DNA from: Octopus sinensis
Taxonomy: Eukaryota
DNA length: 64,000 nt
Assembly (NCBI RefSeq): GCF_006345805.1
Contig: NC_043001.1
Coordinates: 54,312,001 to 54,376,000, forward strand
Direction: 5' to 3'
Shown here piece by piece: positions 1 to 12,695 of this stretch. Under the pieces are notes generated by a model. The model was not told the DNA's origin. It saw only the letters and a list, made by a program, of their open reading frames with translations, and did not search any database. The translations under genes were made by a program, and so were the position numbers. The number at the start of each line of letters is the position of its first letter. The first letter of the stretch is position 1.

Positions 1-113
1 AAGAATGAAAGGCAAAGTCGACCTCGGCGGAATTTGAACTCAGAACGTAACGACAGACGAAATACCGCTAAACATTTCGCCCTGCGTGTTAGCGTTTCTG
101 CCAGCTCGTCGCC
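1..113 (-). mobile_element. tRNA-derived SINE, family A (5' part, cut by window edge)
   Basis: Reverse complement reads GGCGACGAGCTGGCAGAAAC...GAGTTCAAATTCCGCCGAGGTCGAC (Pol III B-box-like). The same sequence recurs more than 10 times in the window. Confidence 0.85.
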
Positions 114-2150
114 ATAATATTTTTTTTTCAAATTAATCACACGTACTATATACTTTGTCTTCGCTTCAGCTTTTTTATTATTCTTATTTTAGTGTCTTTT
201 GTCTGAGATCTTTCGTCACACATCCTGTGACTTCTTCAGTGACTGTCTATCCAACGTGTCTACTCTCGCTCTGTTTAATCCATTATGGTTTTCTGCAGTG
301 GGTATCCTTATCTATGCATGAACTAAACATCCCCAAATATAACAATGTCTTCATATACATTTTATTCCATGTCTCTGGCAGTAAAGTGTGACTATCACCA
401 AATCACTATACTCTCTATAACCCAGTCCATCTAACTTTTAAATATGACATATATAGCTGAAACACTGTATATCTGATGAATGAGTCACATTCTGAACTCG
501 AATGAGTCATAGTAAACACTCCAATGTATGTCTTCACTGACTTCACAATTTTTTGTAGATGGTCGCTAACTACAAGGTGGTTTTTGCTTTTTTATATGTT
601 AATTGTTCATGTCTATTCCTTTTCAATATTGTACATCAATTTAATGAATCTCTCTCTCTCTCTCTCTCTCTCATATACACTTGTGCGTATGTGTTTGGAT
701 ATGTGTGTAACTACTTTGGCATGTATGATAAAGGCTATGCTTCGCTGACGAAGTCTGATAACTGCGAAATATGTCCAGAGGCGCCTGTTGTCTCCTACAC
801 TATTCAAACAGTAATTTTCGAAGTAATGTATTTTTCTCGCTGCATAATTATTTTTAATCATGTTTTTATGCTTGCTGCATTAATTAACCCCAATATATTC
901 CTACTCTAAATAAATATAGCAAACAGCAAGGCAACCACTGCATTATTCATTTACATATTATTTCCGATTATAGAAATCAGCAGTGGTTAATGAAGATTTT
1001 ATTAATACTAGGGAGTAGTAAATTTGCAAAATCATTAGAGCGTTGGAAAACAAATCTCCCACCCCTTACGTTCTAAGTTTAGATCCTGCCGACGTAATCT
1101 TTTCATCCGTTTCATCCCTTCAGGGCCCATAACAGGGGTCAATGTAATCAGCGAACATCCTTCCCTCAACCTGTAGACCTAGGTTGAAAACTATTATAAA
1201 CATTGCAATGTTATCAAAGATTTCTTTGGATTTGAGGATTTACTTGTGCAATATTCCTGGATTTGGGGATTAACGTGTGCAATGTTCCTGAAAATGAATA
1301 CTGTCCATATCTTTCAAAAGTCTAAAATTGCATTCACATCGTCCGGTAAAGCTTGCGTTTTTATGGTTAAAATTTAAATTCCTCTATACCAGTGAGAAAT
1401 AGTGGCCATCTTCATTTCATAAATATCACAATATCACTTCAGTAACTTCCAATAGCATCCTTGAGGGGGGAAAACTACAAATATTAGCAGAAACTCTAAT
1501 GTGTTTTCAGAACAAATAACTTCGGATGAATGTGTTTGTAGTTGGTTTAACAACCAAAATTAATTTCAGTTCAAATGGCTAGAGCATTATCGTGAAGATT
1601 TAAGAATTGAAATTAAACCTAAGATTAATAATTTTTAAATTAAGCATTTCGGTTGATTGATTCCTTTCCTTTTCTTTTTTTTTTCTTTTTTTTTGAGATG
1701 GTTGGCGTTTCTCACTTGTAATATGTTTCTCAAATGTGGATTCTCCGTTGGTCTCGATGATGAGCATACAGTTACTTGACCAAATAAATACTTACTGTGT
1801 AGTAGTTGAGTATTCCTCAGATAAGTCTATCCTTAATGTATTTCTCAGGCCGAATCGGTGTGACTTAATGCAGTAAGACTGAACTTAATGATTCCGTCAA
1901 GTCACTACTATCTTTCCTAATATATGGCATATACGAATTAAAATAACTTTCTTTTTATTATGTTTTAATCTTCCGAAGATTAATCTTAGTTGGGAGAAAT
2001 TGACAAGGATTATTGCGTAAGTGAATCTAATGATTCAAAGAATGTTGGGGGAGAAAAATAAGATGATGAATAACAGAAAAAGAAGAAGAAAAATAATACG
2101 AAACTATCAATGTTGCCATTGGTGCAGTTTTTATTATTGTTGCTGCTATG

Positions 2151-2368
2151 AGGACGGCGAACTGGCAGATTTGTTACCGCGCCGGAAAAATATCTAGCAG
2201 CATTTCGTCCGACTTTACGTTTTGAGTTCAAATTTCACAAAGATCGACTTTGCCTTTCATCGTTTCGTCGTCGACAAAACAAATACAAGCACTGTAGTCG
2301 ACGTAAACGACTTGTCTGCTCCCCCTAAATTTCAGGTCTTGTCCCTATACCAGAAAGTATTATTGTTG
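2151..2368 (+). mobile_element. SINE family A, diverged full-length copy
   Basis: GGCGAACTGGCAGA head, GAGTTCAAAT box, GACTTTGCCTTTCATC core, AAATTTCAGGTCTTGT tail. Confidence 0.8.
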
Positions 2369-2384
2369 TTATGAATTATTTCAG

Positions 2385-2548
2385 GGGCCAACATAGATGT
2401 GTGATTAAGAAGTTCACTTCAAAAGAACATGGTTTTGTGTCTGATCCTGCCATTCAGTATCTTAAAGAACGTCTCCTCTACTATATCTCTGAGTTGACCA
2501 ATGCTTCGTGGGTAAATTTAGAAATCGAAAACTACAGAGAAGCCTGTT
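2385..2548 (+). mobile_element. SINE family B, old diverged 5' half
   Basis: Aligns loosely with the 12232-12390 copy (TAAGAAGTT..CTT, CTACTATA, GACCAA.GC.T.GTG). Confidence 0.55.
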
Positions 2549-3924
2549 GGTGGAATTGTTCTTGTTTTTGGATGGTAGACACAATCAGTCGATCGGTTTA
2601 ACACCACCATCTGACTGTTGAGAGCATTTAACCGAGTCCCATTTGTTAAAAGTATTTGAACAAGATTTAGAGGTCGGGGAAAGGGTTATGAGCGCTGGTT
2701 TTCTTCGTTTGACTTCAGCCATTAAAGGAAAATTAGTGATCGTCAGCGTTGATAAAAATCTGACTAAAAATAAAAAAGAAACTGACTGAAAAAAATGTTG
2801 TCGTGATTGATATGAAGTCGATTGATATGAAGTAGATTGTTGGTTTAAAATGATTTTAGAATATGTTCAACTCGTATAAATTTTCTCTTTAAATCAATAT
2901 TTACAGCCATTTCGTCTGATACACATACCAAATACTAATGAGTTTTTTTATAACTATTATGAATTATCACAGAAATTATCACTCTTAAGTGTTACCATGG
3001 ACCATTTCATACTTTCCACATCGTTGATGTTTTATTATGTCGGGAATATTTTCAATCTGTTATTGTTTACAGATACAATCATGCATTTAATAAAAAAAAG
3101 ATGAACAACTGCTGTTGGAAATAATGAAGCGAATATTCAATTATATTTTATTTCATATTTAATTTTAAAGACTCCTTTTGATAATTATCTAAGAAAATAA
3201 GGTCAATGAAGTGAGCTAAGATAATAGAGATTCAGACGAATTACATAGTTTTAATAAACAGCCATTCATAAATAATATTTAAATCTTAGATATGAGATAT
3301 TTTGATCTCAAGAGTCAGTATCTCAACCAGTGGTTCATTGCATTTTATAAAGAGCAAATAAAAGGTTCTGTTCAACTGTTGAAGTTTATTCCCAAATAAC
3401 TCGTAACTGAATAGAGTCATGAGCATAGATGTTCCAACCGAGACCAACCCATCTTCAGATAACCCATGATCAGATAATTCAATGCATCCTTCTCATTGAA
3501 AGAAGTTAGTTTGTGATTTGTGGGGAAATTGGCTGCTATTTCCAGTCTGTAGAATGACGCTGATGAGATTCTTCTGTTGGTTCCGACAAGATGTATTTTT
3601 GCACTAAATATTCGAGTAGTTATATTCTATTGTTGAAGATAATTCTAACTTAAGCTTCCGGTGTGCAAAATGAATCTTTCAGTATGTAGTTCCGTTCTCT
3701 TTGGTTGTGAGTCAAAATCGCTTTTATCCAAATAAAATCCATATAATGAGTATCACGATTCAATTTCCTTTCGCTGTCTCCAATCAAAATCTAACGCACT
3801 GCCTATTTAGAACTTAAAACAATTGATATTTCATAAAAAGAACTATTAACAGGTATAAACGGCATAATATAACATTCTGTAATCAACATTTTGCATAATT
3901 TATGTTGCTAATATTATTAGCAGA

Positions 3925-4645
3925 ATTATTCCGCCGAGGCCGACTGTGCCTTTCATCGTTACGAGGTCGATAAAATAAGTACCAGTCGGGCGCTGGGGTG
4001 AGATGTAATCGACTCGACTCTCCCTCGAACTTGTTGGCCTTGTGCCAACAGTTCAAACCAATATTCATTTCTACTCTAGGAACAAAACCCGAAGTTTGGG
4101 GGGAGGGGGCCAGTCGATTAGATCGACTCAGCACGTAACTGGTACTTAATTTATCGACCCGAAAGGACGAAAGGCAAAGTCGGCCTCGGCGGAATTTGAA
4201 CTCAGAACATAAAGACAGACGAAATACCTATTTCTTTACTACCCACAAGGGGCTAAACACAGAGAGGACAAACAAGGACAAACAGACGGATTAAGTCGAT
4301 TATATCGACCCCAGTGCGTAACTGGTACTTAATTTATCGACTCCGAAAGGATGAAAGGCAAAGTCGGCCTCGGTGGAATTTGAACTCTGAACGTAACGGC
4401 ATACGAAATACGACTACGCATTTCGCCCGGCGTTCCAGCGTTTCTGCCACCTCGTTGAGGTGTTCAAACCAATATTATTAGCAGAATTAAGGCGGTGAGC
4501 TGGCAAAATCGTTAGCACTCCAGGTAAAATGCGTAGCGGCATTACGTCCGTCTTTATGTTCTGAGTTCAAATTCTGCCGAGGTCGACTTTGCCTTAACAC
4601 CGAAATTACTGGTCTTGTGCCGAAATGTGAAACCAATATTATTAG
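3925..4645. mobile_element. Cluster of family A SINEs: + partial (3925-4064), - internally duplicated (4066-4457), + (4489-4645)
   Basis: Repeated AAAGGCAAAGTCGGCCTCGG.GGAATTTGAACTC cores. AATATTATTAGCAGAATT recurs at ~3911, ~4471 and ~4636 like target-site duplications. Confidence 0.85.
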
Positions 4646-5130
4646 CAGAATTTAAAAGCACTGAACTGGTAATTAAAAAATCATTACAGTGTCGGACAAA
4701 ATACCTAGAGAAATATCTTCTAGGGCTTAACGTTGTCAGTTCAAATCATACCAAAGCTAATTCTCTCTTTCATCCATTCATGATCAATTAATAACGTAAC
4801 AGTCAATAAAATTATTTATGGTGCGGATCGATAAAAAAAAAGTGCTAGATAAAGTAGCATATAATATGAAATAATGTAGCATACAGGTAATCGGGTTGAT
4901 ATAAGTGAATGTTCCCTTCTCAAGAAATCAATGTTAGGAGAGTCTTAGAGTATTTTAATTTCATATTCAGAGTCGATATTGCTTTGCGATTTCCTAGGAT
5001 TGATAAAGCTACTATCAATCAAGTACATAAACCGACCAATCTATCTCTTAAAATTTCTACCCATGCACCTGTTACACCTCAAAATTGTTGGCAGAATCAC
5101 TAAAGCGTCCATCACATTACGAAACGATAT

Positions 5131-5352
5131 CTAATTATGACTGTTGTGTCTGGGAGAGTCATTTTCTTTTTGAGAGAAACAAATTGAAATAAAAATAAGA
5201 AATAAGTGGACATTTTACCGGTGAGTGTGTTACATTGTAAGGCACAAAAAGAGAATGACTCTCCCCAGAAACAACAGAATATGCTTCAACACACGAACTC
5301 ATATAAAGAATCTGGCAAACCAAATCCAAAAACGAAACTAATTATGACTGTT
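5131..5352. mobile_element. Short insertion with internal inversion and 15-bp TSD, inside an old family A SINE
   Basis: CTAATTATGACTGTT at 5131-5145 and 5338-5352. Inverted pair CTGTTGTGTCTGGGAGAGTCATTTTCTTTTT / AAAAAGAGAATGACTCTCCCCAGAAACAACAG. Confidence 0.7.
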
Positions 5353-5676
5353 TTCGCTTTGAGCTCAAATTCTACTGGAGATGACTTGCCTTTCTTTCTT
5401 CTGAGAGTCAAAATTGGGATCGATCGTAATTTTGTGTACTTTCGTCCAAAGTGTTAAATTAATATTTTTATTAGAATATAGAGTAGCGGTGAAAATCCCG
5501 TGCAAATTTACTTATGCTTCTTTACATTCTGAGTTCAATTGCCACGGAGGACTATTTTGCTTTCGTTTGTGTTATAAGGATCAGTCGAGCACTTACGTCA
5601 ATTTAATGGAATGCATGATGGTACAAAAATATCTAGGTTTGCGACATTAGAAATCATTATTACTATAACATACATA

Positions 5677-5885
5677 AAGGTGGAGAGCTGGCAGAACCGT
5701 TAGCACGCAGGGCGAAGTGTTTACAAGCGCTTTTTCCGTCTTTACGTTCAAATTCCGCCGAGGTCGACTTTACATTTCATCCTTTCGGGGTCGATAAATT
5801 AAGTGCCATTCAAGCAATGGGATCGATGAAGTCGACTATCCGTCCCCCAAAATTTCAGGCCTTGTGTATACAGTAGAAAGGATTA
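5677..5885 (+). mobile_element. SINE family A
   Basis: AAGGTGGAGAGCTGGCAGAACCGTTAGCACG head and conserved core. TACATAAA on both flanks (TSD-like). Confidence 0.85.
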
Positions 5886-6252
5886 CATAAACTTTATCGA
5901 AACTTTATCGAAACTTGGAAGACAAAATTCCCAGTTCCTAGGCACAAATAATTAAATATGGCTGACAACATGTCCTTATATAACAATACGGTAGATGCTG
6001 ATATAATTGTAATTTATAATTAAATCAGAAATGGCAAGACAGTTTAGAGACACTTGATCATGACTCCTTCTTACACCTCTGCTGTTGTCATTTGTTCTAT
6101 CATCTGAGTTTGGAGACTCTTCATCAGAATCAAATTTTTCAATGTGTGTATGTGTGTGTGTGTGAGAGAGAGAGAGAGAATACATGGAAATAGATACGTG
6201 GCGTTCAATCAAATAATAATATAAATGATATATATATGCATATATATATATG

Positions 6253-6289
<37 letters not shown>

Positions 6290-6315
6290 CATACATACAT
6301 ACATACATACATACA

Positions 6316-6344
<29 letters not shown>

Positions 6345-6346
<2 letters not shown>

Positions 6347-6886
6347 GCATATATGGATACAGGACGTCACCAATAATAAGCAACGTGAAATACGAAAACA
6401 AATGAGTTCAATGCGCAAACAACGAGAGAAACAAATGGAAAACAGGACAAGAAACATAAAGAACGACCCTTCATCAGTTGTCAGCTGTCTATCTACTCCT
6501 CATTTCGAGCATTGAACGACAAACCACCCCACACACCCTCACCCACATCATAAATCCCAAATTTTGTCTTGGTACTTTCGACAGCATCTGTCTTTGAAGA
6601 CTCATATTATCGCTCCCGTAAGTATCGAAATAAAATATGGGATTTATGGAGGGTCAAAGCTGGGAACAAAAGCAGGGCAGTAGAGACATACAAGGAAACC
6701 GAACGAAACAAACAGGGAGTGTCCAAATGAGGAATAGATAGACAGCCGACAACTGATGAAGGGTTGTTCTTTATGTTACTTGTCCTCTTTTCCATTTGTT
6801 TCTCTCGTTGTTTGTGTATTGAACTCATTTGTTTTCGTACTTCCTTTTGTTTACTGTTGGTGACGTCCTGTACCCACATATGCATA

Positions 6887-6895
<9 letters not shown>
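6345..6895. repeat. Fold-back repeat element with ~170-bp inverted arms in microsatellite; further copies at 7310-7620 and 20370-20572
   Basis: 6345-6512 is the diverged reverse complement of 6722-6895. The same arm recurs at 7455-7620 and, more diverged, at ~20400-20570. Confidence 0.75.
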
Positions 6896-6941
<46 letters not shown>

Positions 6942-8019
6942 ATATTATTATTTGATTGTACGCACGCATCCATTTCCAAGTAAGTTTATCTTCATCTTTT
7001 TGATGCGACTCTATTCTGTACTGTTTTCTCCCCATCGTTTTCTCTCATCCTATCTCTAATTCCCTTTTTTCTCCCTTCACTGTTTTCTATCTGTCTCTCT
7101 CTCTCCCTCCTTCTCTTTTACTCTCTCTCATTCCTCCCACGTGACTATCGTCCATTTACCTTTTCCTCACAAGATCACCTTTCTTTTCTTTCAAGACTGT
7201 CCTAAGGACTGGACGTAAACTATCTCTCTCTTCTATTTTTCCTTTGTTAAAGAAAATATTTCTCCGGCGTTCGCTATTTTAACCTTGTTCTGTTCTAACG
7301 ACTCTCCATGTTTATAATCCTTCGGTTTCCTTGTATGTCTCCACTGTCCTGTTTTTGTTCCCAACTTTGACCCCACCCCACCCCCCATAAATCCCAAATT
7401 TTGTCTTGGTACTTTCAGCAGCATCTGTCTTCGAAGACTCATATTATCGCTCAATGCTCGAAATGAGGAGTAGATAGACAGCCGACAACTGATGAAGGGT
7501 CATTCTTTATGTTACTTGTCCTGTTTTCCATTTGTTTCTCTTGTTGTTTGCGTATTGAACTTTTTTCGTATTTCATGTTGTTTACTGTTGGTGACGTTCA
7601 GTACCCGTATATGCATATGTATGGTGTGTATATATATGTATACATACATACATACATACATACATACATACATACATACATGCATGCATGCATGCATGCA
7701 TACATACATACATACATACATACATACATACATACATACATACATACATACATACATACATACATACATACATACGTGTGTGTGTGTGTGTGTATGTATG
7801 TGTGTGTGTGTATGTGTGTGTGTGTGTGTTATTTCGCTTAGTCATAGCGATATTAATATCTTGGAGTTGGAACTCAATGTATATATACTTCAGAACACAG
7901 CGTCAATTGAGTGCTGCATCAGTAATTAAAATTTTTATTTCATACAGTTAGATTATGAGATACATAAACTTTATCACAACTTGAAAGGCAAATCTACTTT
8001 GATTATCTATGGATTCATT

Positions 8020-9140
8020 TCACTTCCAGTTCTAGGTCTTGCAACTTCCAGACTTTTCCGTCCTCTGTCTTAACAATATTCTAGTCTGCAGATGTCTATG
8101 AAGGTCAACTATGTCGATGAAGGTAATTTCTTTGAACTCCTTCACTAGAAGAGTGATGTATGGTCGGTTATTTTGCAGCATTTTTTGTCTGTGTATATTG
8201 GCATACCCCATGTGAGTTTCACCTAATCATTCTTTCTACTAGCAAAGGTTGGTGCATATACTACTTGATGGAACATTCTAGTCCATACTTCTTGCACAAC
8301 TTTCAGTGTATTCGCATTGCCATTTTGTTATTGCGTTTTTTGTACTCCTTTTGGGCGAGTGTTGAGCATCCACAAATTATATGTCTGCCTCATATGATTT
8401 TTTACACAGTCTACACCAAAGTAATTCTGCAGTTTCATCAATGCTGCACTTAATTGAGTTGGTCCGTAAAGCTTGATCTTGAGCAACAAGAATCAGTCCT
8501 TCCGTATCCCTCTTTAAAATCCATCTCTAGAATTCTTCATCAGCTTCAACTCTCCGTATAGGATTTTCTCTTTCCAGTTGATGAATGTTCCTCATATTGT
8601 ACTGCTGGTGGATTTAACCATTGTTACTTATCACCTTCTTAGTACAGCGTGCGACATTCTTTCATCTTTATTCCTCAGATAGGAAGACAAACAAGGACTT
8701 GATCTTCACAACACTATCTTCTATTCCTGTTCATTCGCTAGCAGTTCATTGCTTTCATGATGGCCGTATAGTATCTTTCCCATTATCCTAGTTCTAAGCT
8801 TCCACATCATAGATAAACAGGCAATCGGACGATAGTTACTGACCACGGCTCCCTTAGCCGAGTCCTTCTGAATCAACACAGTTCTTTTTTCGTCCTACAG
8901 GGTCAACCCTCCTAACAAAGAAAGTGCTTGGTCAGGTTGCCGGTTTAATCGCCGACGGTGCGACCATGAAGCCTGTTGTACTGGATTACATGTTGTCAAC
9001 ACTAAGAGAGAACTGACATATCAACGACTCATATAGCTGAATGATCGTTGACTCTACTGATTTCATCCGTCCTTGAACAGGTTTTGTTTTTCGTCCTGCA
9101 GGTACCCAACGAAAGCCACCCTCCTTACTAGGCAAGCGCT
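8020..9140 (-). mobile_element. R4/Dong-clade (RLE-type) non-LTR retrotransposon remnant, internally deleted
   Basis: Minus-strand translation gives LIQKDSAKGAVVSNYRPIACLSMMWKL (RT start, ~8800-8880), LKRDTEGLILVAQDQALRTN, and CRLC...HIICGCSTLAQKEYKKRNNKMAMRIH*KLCKKYGL (CCHC knuckle before the RLE domain). Stops and frameshifts present. Confidence 0.85.
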
Positions 9141-9184
9141 ATACATGCATACATACATACATACACAAACACACACAAACACAA

Positions 9185-9215
<31 letters not shown>

Positions 9216-10035
9216 GAGAGAGAGGGGGAAACTCGCATATATATATATACACACAAATGTGCGTGAATATAATGCAGATTTCCTTTACAAATGAATAAAA
9301 TTATGAAAACATACACACTAAATACAAAATCATACATACACATGAATACACTCAAACATACACAAACACACACACACATATATATATTAATATATATGAC
9401 GCGCATATATAACTATTTCATTTATGATCTTTAATCTATTACACAACTATACAAACCGAAATGGACTGTAAAAATTAAATAATTTATTAAACGTATAGAC
9501 TAAATGTTTCCTCTATGTGATTCCTATTTGGGAAACTTCATGTACTCGAGATGTATCCAGTCAAATGACGTTTTTTTGTTTTGTTTTTTGTTTTTTTTTT
9601 TGTTTTTGTTCTACATCTTCAAAGAACACATTCCATTTTATTAAAGATATATTTATGCTTTTAAATGTTTTTAAAACTGACATTTATTTTTATGCTGTAA
9701 TGGATAGTTAATGATTCCATAAAATAAATTTGAATTTTTATTGTTTATATTTACATCACTGAAACAAATATTTTCAAAAATCTCTTTTTAGTTTGTCATA
9801 AGTGCTTAAATAAACGGAAACAATTAACGTTTAATCATCATTATACTTCTTGTTAAACTAAGCAGTGCTGTCATTCAATGTTAATTCTTTTATAACTTCC
9901 CAGTGATATCCTCTCATTTGTAGTTAAGCATTATATAATGGGAAAACCGTTTTTAATGCTGACGTTTCAAAGCAGTGTGAGAGGTTTCAGCAGTTTCAAT
10001 CCTCCCCGCCCGACACAAACACACAGACACATATA

Positions 10036-10642
10036 TTTAGCTCTTTATTGCGCACAGGGGGCTAACCATAGAGGGGACAAGCAAGGACAGACAGAGAGGG
10101 ATTAAGTCGATTATATCAACCGCAGTGCGTAACTGGTACAGATTTAATCAACCCCGAAATGATAAACGGCAAAGACGACCTCGGCGGAATTTGAACTCAG
10201 AGCGTAACGGCAGACGAAATACCTATTTCAATTTCTTTACTACCCACAAGGGGCTAAACACAGAAGGGACAAGCAAGGACAGACAACGGATTCAGTAGAT
10301 TATATCGACGCCAGTGCGTAAATGGTACTTATTTAATCGACCCCGAAAGGATGAAAGGCAAAGTCGACCTCGATGGAATTTGAACTCAGAGCGTAACGGC
10401 AGACGAAATACCTATTTCTTTACTACCCACAAAGGGCTAAACACAGAGAGGACAAGCACGAACAGACAAATGGATTAAGCCGATTATATCGACTCCAGTG
10501 CGTAACTGGTACTTATTTAATTGACCCCGAACGGATGAAAGGCAAAGTTGACCTCGCCGGAATTTGAACTCAGAACGTAGCGGCAGACGTTATACCGCTA
10601 AGCATTTCGCCCGGCGTGCTAAAGATTCTGCCAGCTCGCCGC
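10036..10642 (-). mobile_element. SINE family A with three tandem ~180-bp body units behind one head
   Basis: The unit ...CACAAGGGGCTAAACACAGA...GGAATTTGAACTCAGA.CGTAACGGCAGACG occurs 3 times. A single head lies at 10590-10642. Confidence 0.85.
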
Positions 10643-11098
10643 TCTCAGAAACACATATATTACATGGAAAACTATAATACATACAAAATATATGTGCATG
10701 CATGTGTATGCGCTTGTATGTGCGTGTGTGTATGTGTGCCTGTGTGCGACTCAGTGTGTGTGCTTGTGTGTGAATGTTGCGCTTGTGCGCGCGCGCACAA
10801 ACATGCACACACAAACACATATATACGTTATTTCGAATTCAGCATCGGAAGTTCAAAGTTCATAAGGATGCCTAGCTGCAATGGATCGCCAGAGAAACAC
10901 TTCGTTGCGCTCTGTTACTTGAGTTTATCTTAATTTTCCACTACGCAATATTTTGTATATCATAACTAGCAATAATACTACGTACAGGGGTAGACAAATC
11001 ATTACACTTTAAGCTGACTGGGTAATGATACTCTACTCGGAGCTTTAATACATACAGTAGTAGTCATACATATAACTTTTACAACCAAGATATATATA

Positions 11099-12224
11099 CA
11101 GGGTGCGTAATGTTTTTGAGGACTTACCTTTTTTGGGTCATTGCTGCATTTTTTGCTAACTCTGTATAATCTTTGTTTCAGAAAATAATAATGGCAGACC
11201 CTTAGCTTACTCAAGAAATCAAGAGGCATGCTGTCATTGTGGTTATAAAGGCTGAGCATAGCAATTTAGAATATCTCGACTTTTAGAAGTTGCCTGGAAA
11301 CGTATCACCAGTATCAAATAATTTATCCAGCAAGTTCAACAGACCATTAATTACAATCCGAGAAAATCCATGAGATCAATCGCAAAAGACCTCCATGTGT
11401 CAGAAGGGACAGTGAGAAACGTTGTCCATGAATACATCAGATATAAGTCTTATATCATGAGGAAAGGTCAATTTGTCGGAGAAAGCAAAAGAAAATCACT
11501 ACATCAGATCTAAAAGGCTCTTAAACGAACTGAAAAATCCAACAGAAGATTTGATTTGGTTTTTCTCAAACGAGAAAAGCTTCGGCTAAGATCAAAGACT
11601 TAACAGAAGAGATGACAGATGGTTATGTCCAGACCCTTCTGAAGTTTCAAGTGTTATGCATACAAAATTTCCTGCAACTGTCATGGTTTTATGGGTTGTC
11701 AGCAATGAAGAACATGTGATGCCTCCTTACTTCTTCCCACAAAGCCTTAGAATTAACTGCCGCCTATATTGAGGTCCCGGAAATAATTGTTAAGCCCTGG
11801 ATAAGCAGTGTATGCAATGGAAGGCTATATGTGTTTCAGTAAGACTCTGTATTATCACACATGGTTCTAGTAACACAGGAATGGATGGCTGAAAATTTCA
11901 TGATCACATAACCCCTAACATCCTAATTCCCCAGGTCTCAATCTATTACATGTGGAGCATTGTTGAAAGAGAGGTAAATGAACGCGCCCATAAACACCAA
12001 AGAGTAATGTCCAAAATGAACCACTTGATTCGAGCATATAGATGATTTAGATCTCATATAGAAGCAGTTGCTGAAGCTAAAGTGGCTTTATTGGATAACA
12101 TTATAGAAAAGAAGGTTTATTTTTATCCTCATAGCATTTTTGATAAATAAAGTTATTATCTGTTATTATATATGTGTTTTTTTTTTATAAACATAAATCT
12201 GTCTTCAAATATCTTAGCACCCTG
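11099..12224 (+). mobile_element. Decayed Tc1/mariner-superfamily DNA transposon (maT/DD37D-like)
   Basis: TA-flanked TIRs CAGGGTGC.../...GCACCCTG. Fragments IWFFSNEKSF, NRRDDRWLC, TKFPATVMV..VVSNEEHVMPPYFFPQ, YVFQ*DS, PNSP.LN, WSIVEREVN, with many frameshifts. Confidence 0.85.
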
Positions 12225-12231
12225 TATATAA

Positions 12232-12620
12232 AGGAGTGGCTGTGTGGTAAGAAGTTTGCTTCCCAATCACATGGTTCCCGGTTCAGTCCCACTGTGTGAC
12301 ACCTAGGGCAAGCGTCTTCTACTATAGCCTCGGGCCGACCAAAGCCTTGTGCGTCGATTTGGTAGACGGAAACTGAAAGAAGCCCGTCGTGTGTGCGTGT
12401 GTGTGTATTTGTGTGACTGTGTTTGACCCCACCATCACTTGACAACCGATATTGGTGTGTTTACGTCCCCGTAACTTAGCAGTTCGGCAAAAGAAATCGA
12501 CAGAATAAGTACTAGGTTTATAAAAGAATCAGTTTTGGGATCGAAGTGTTCGACTAAAGGTGGTGCTCCAGCATGGCCGCAAGCAAATGACTGAAACAAG
12601 TAAAAGAATAAAAGAATATA
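12232..12620 (+). mobile_element. tRNA-derived SINE family B
   Basis: A-box-like TGGCTGTGTGG, B-box-like GGTTCAGTCCC, internal (TG)n, 3' end GACTGAAACAAGTAAAAGAATAAAAGAATA. Confidence 0.85.
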
Positions 12621-12658
12621 TATTATATCACAGGTACACACACACACACATATATATA

Positions 12659-12693
<35 letters not shown>

Positions 12694-12695
<2 letters not shown>

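Noticed and set aside
6560-6610. Hammerhead-like GTCTT...GACAG(atg)CTGTC-GAAA-GTAC-C-AAGAC on the minus strand (also 7400-7440)
   Set aside because: Stems are suggestive, but no CUGANGA core can be placed in either copy.
5976-7951. ORFs rich in YI/HT/CV/MYVC repeats (also 14035-16245, 19146-20803, 34730-39243, 57441-59414)
   Set aside because: They are translations of (TA)n, (CA)n and (TATG)n microsatellites that lack stop codons, not genes.
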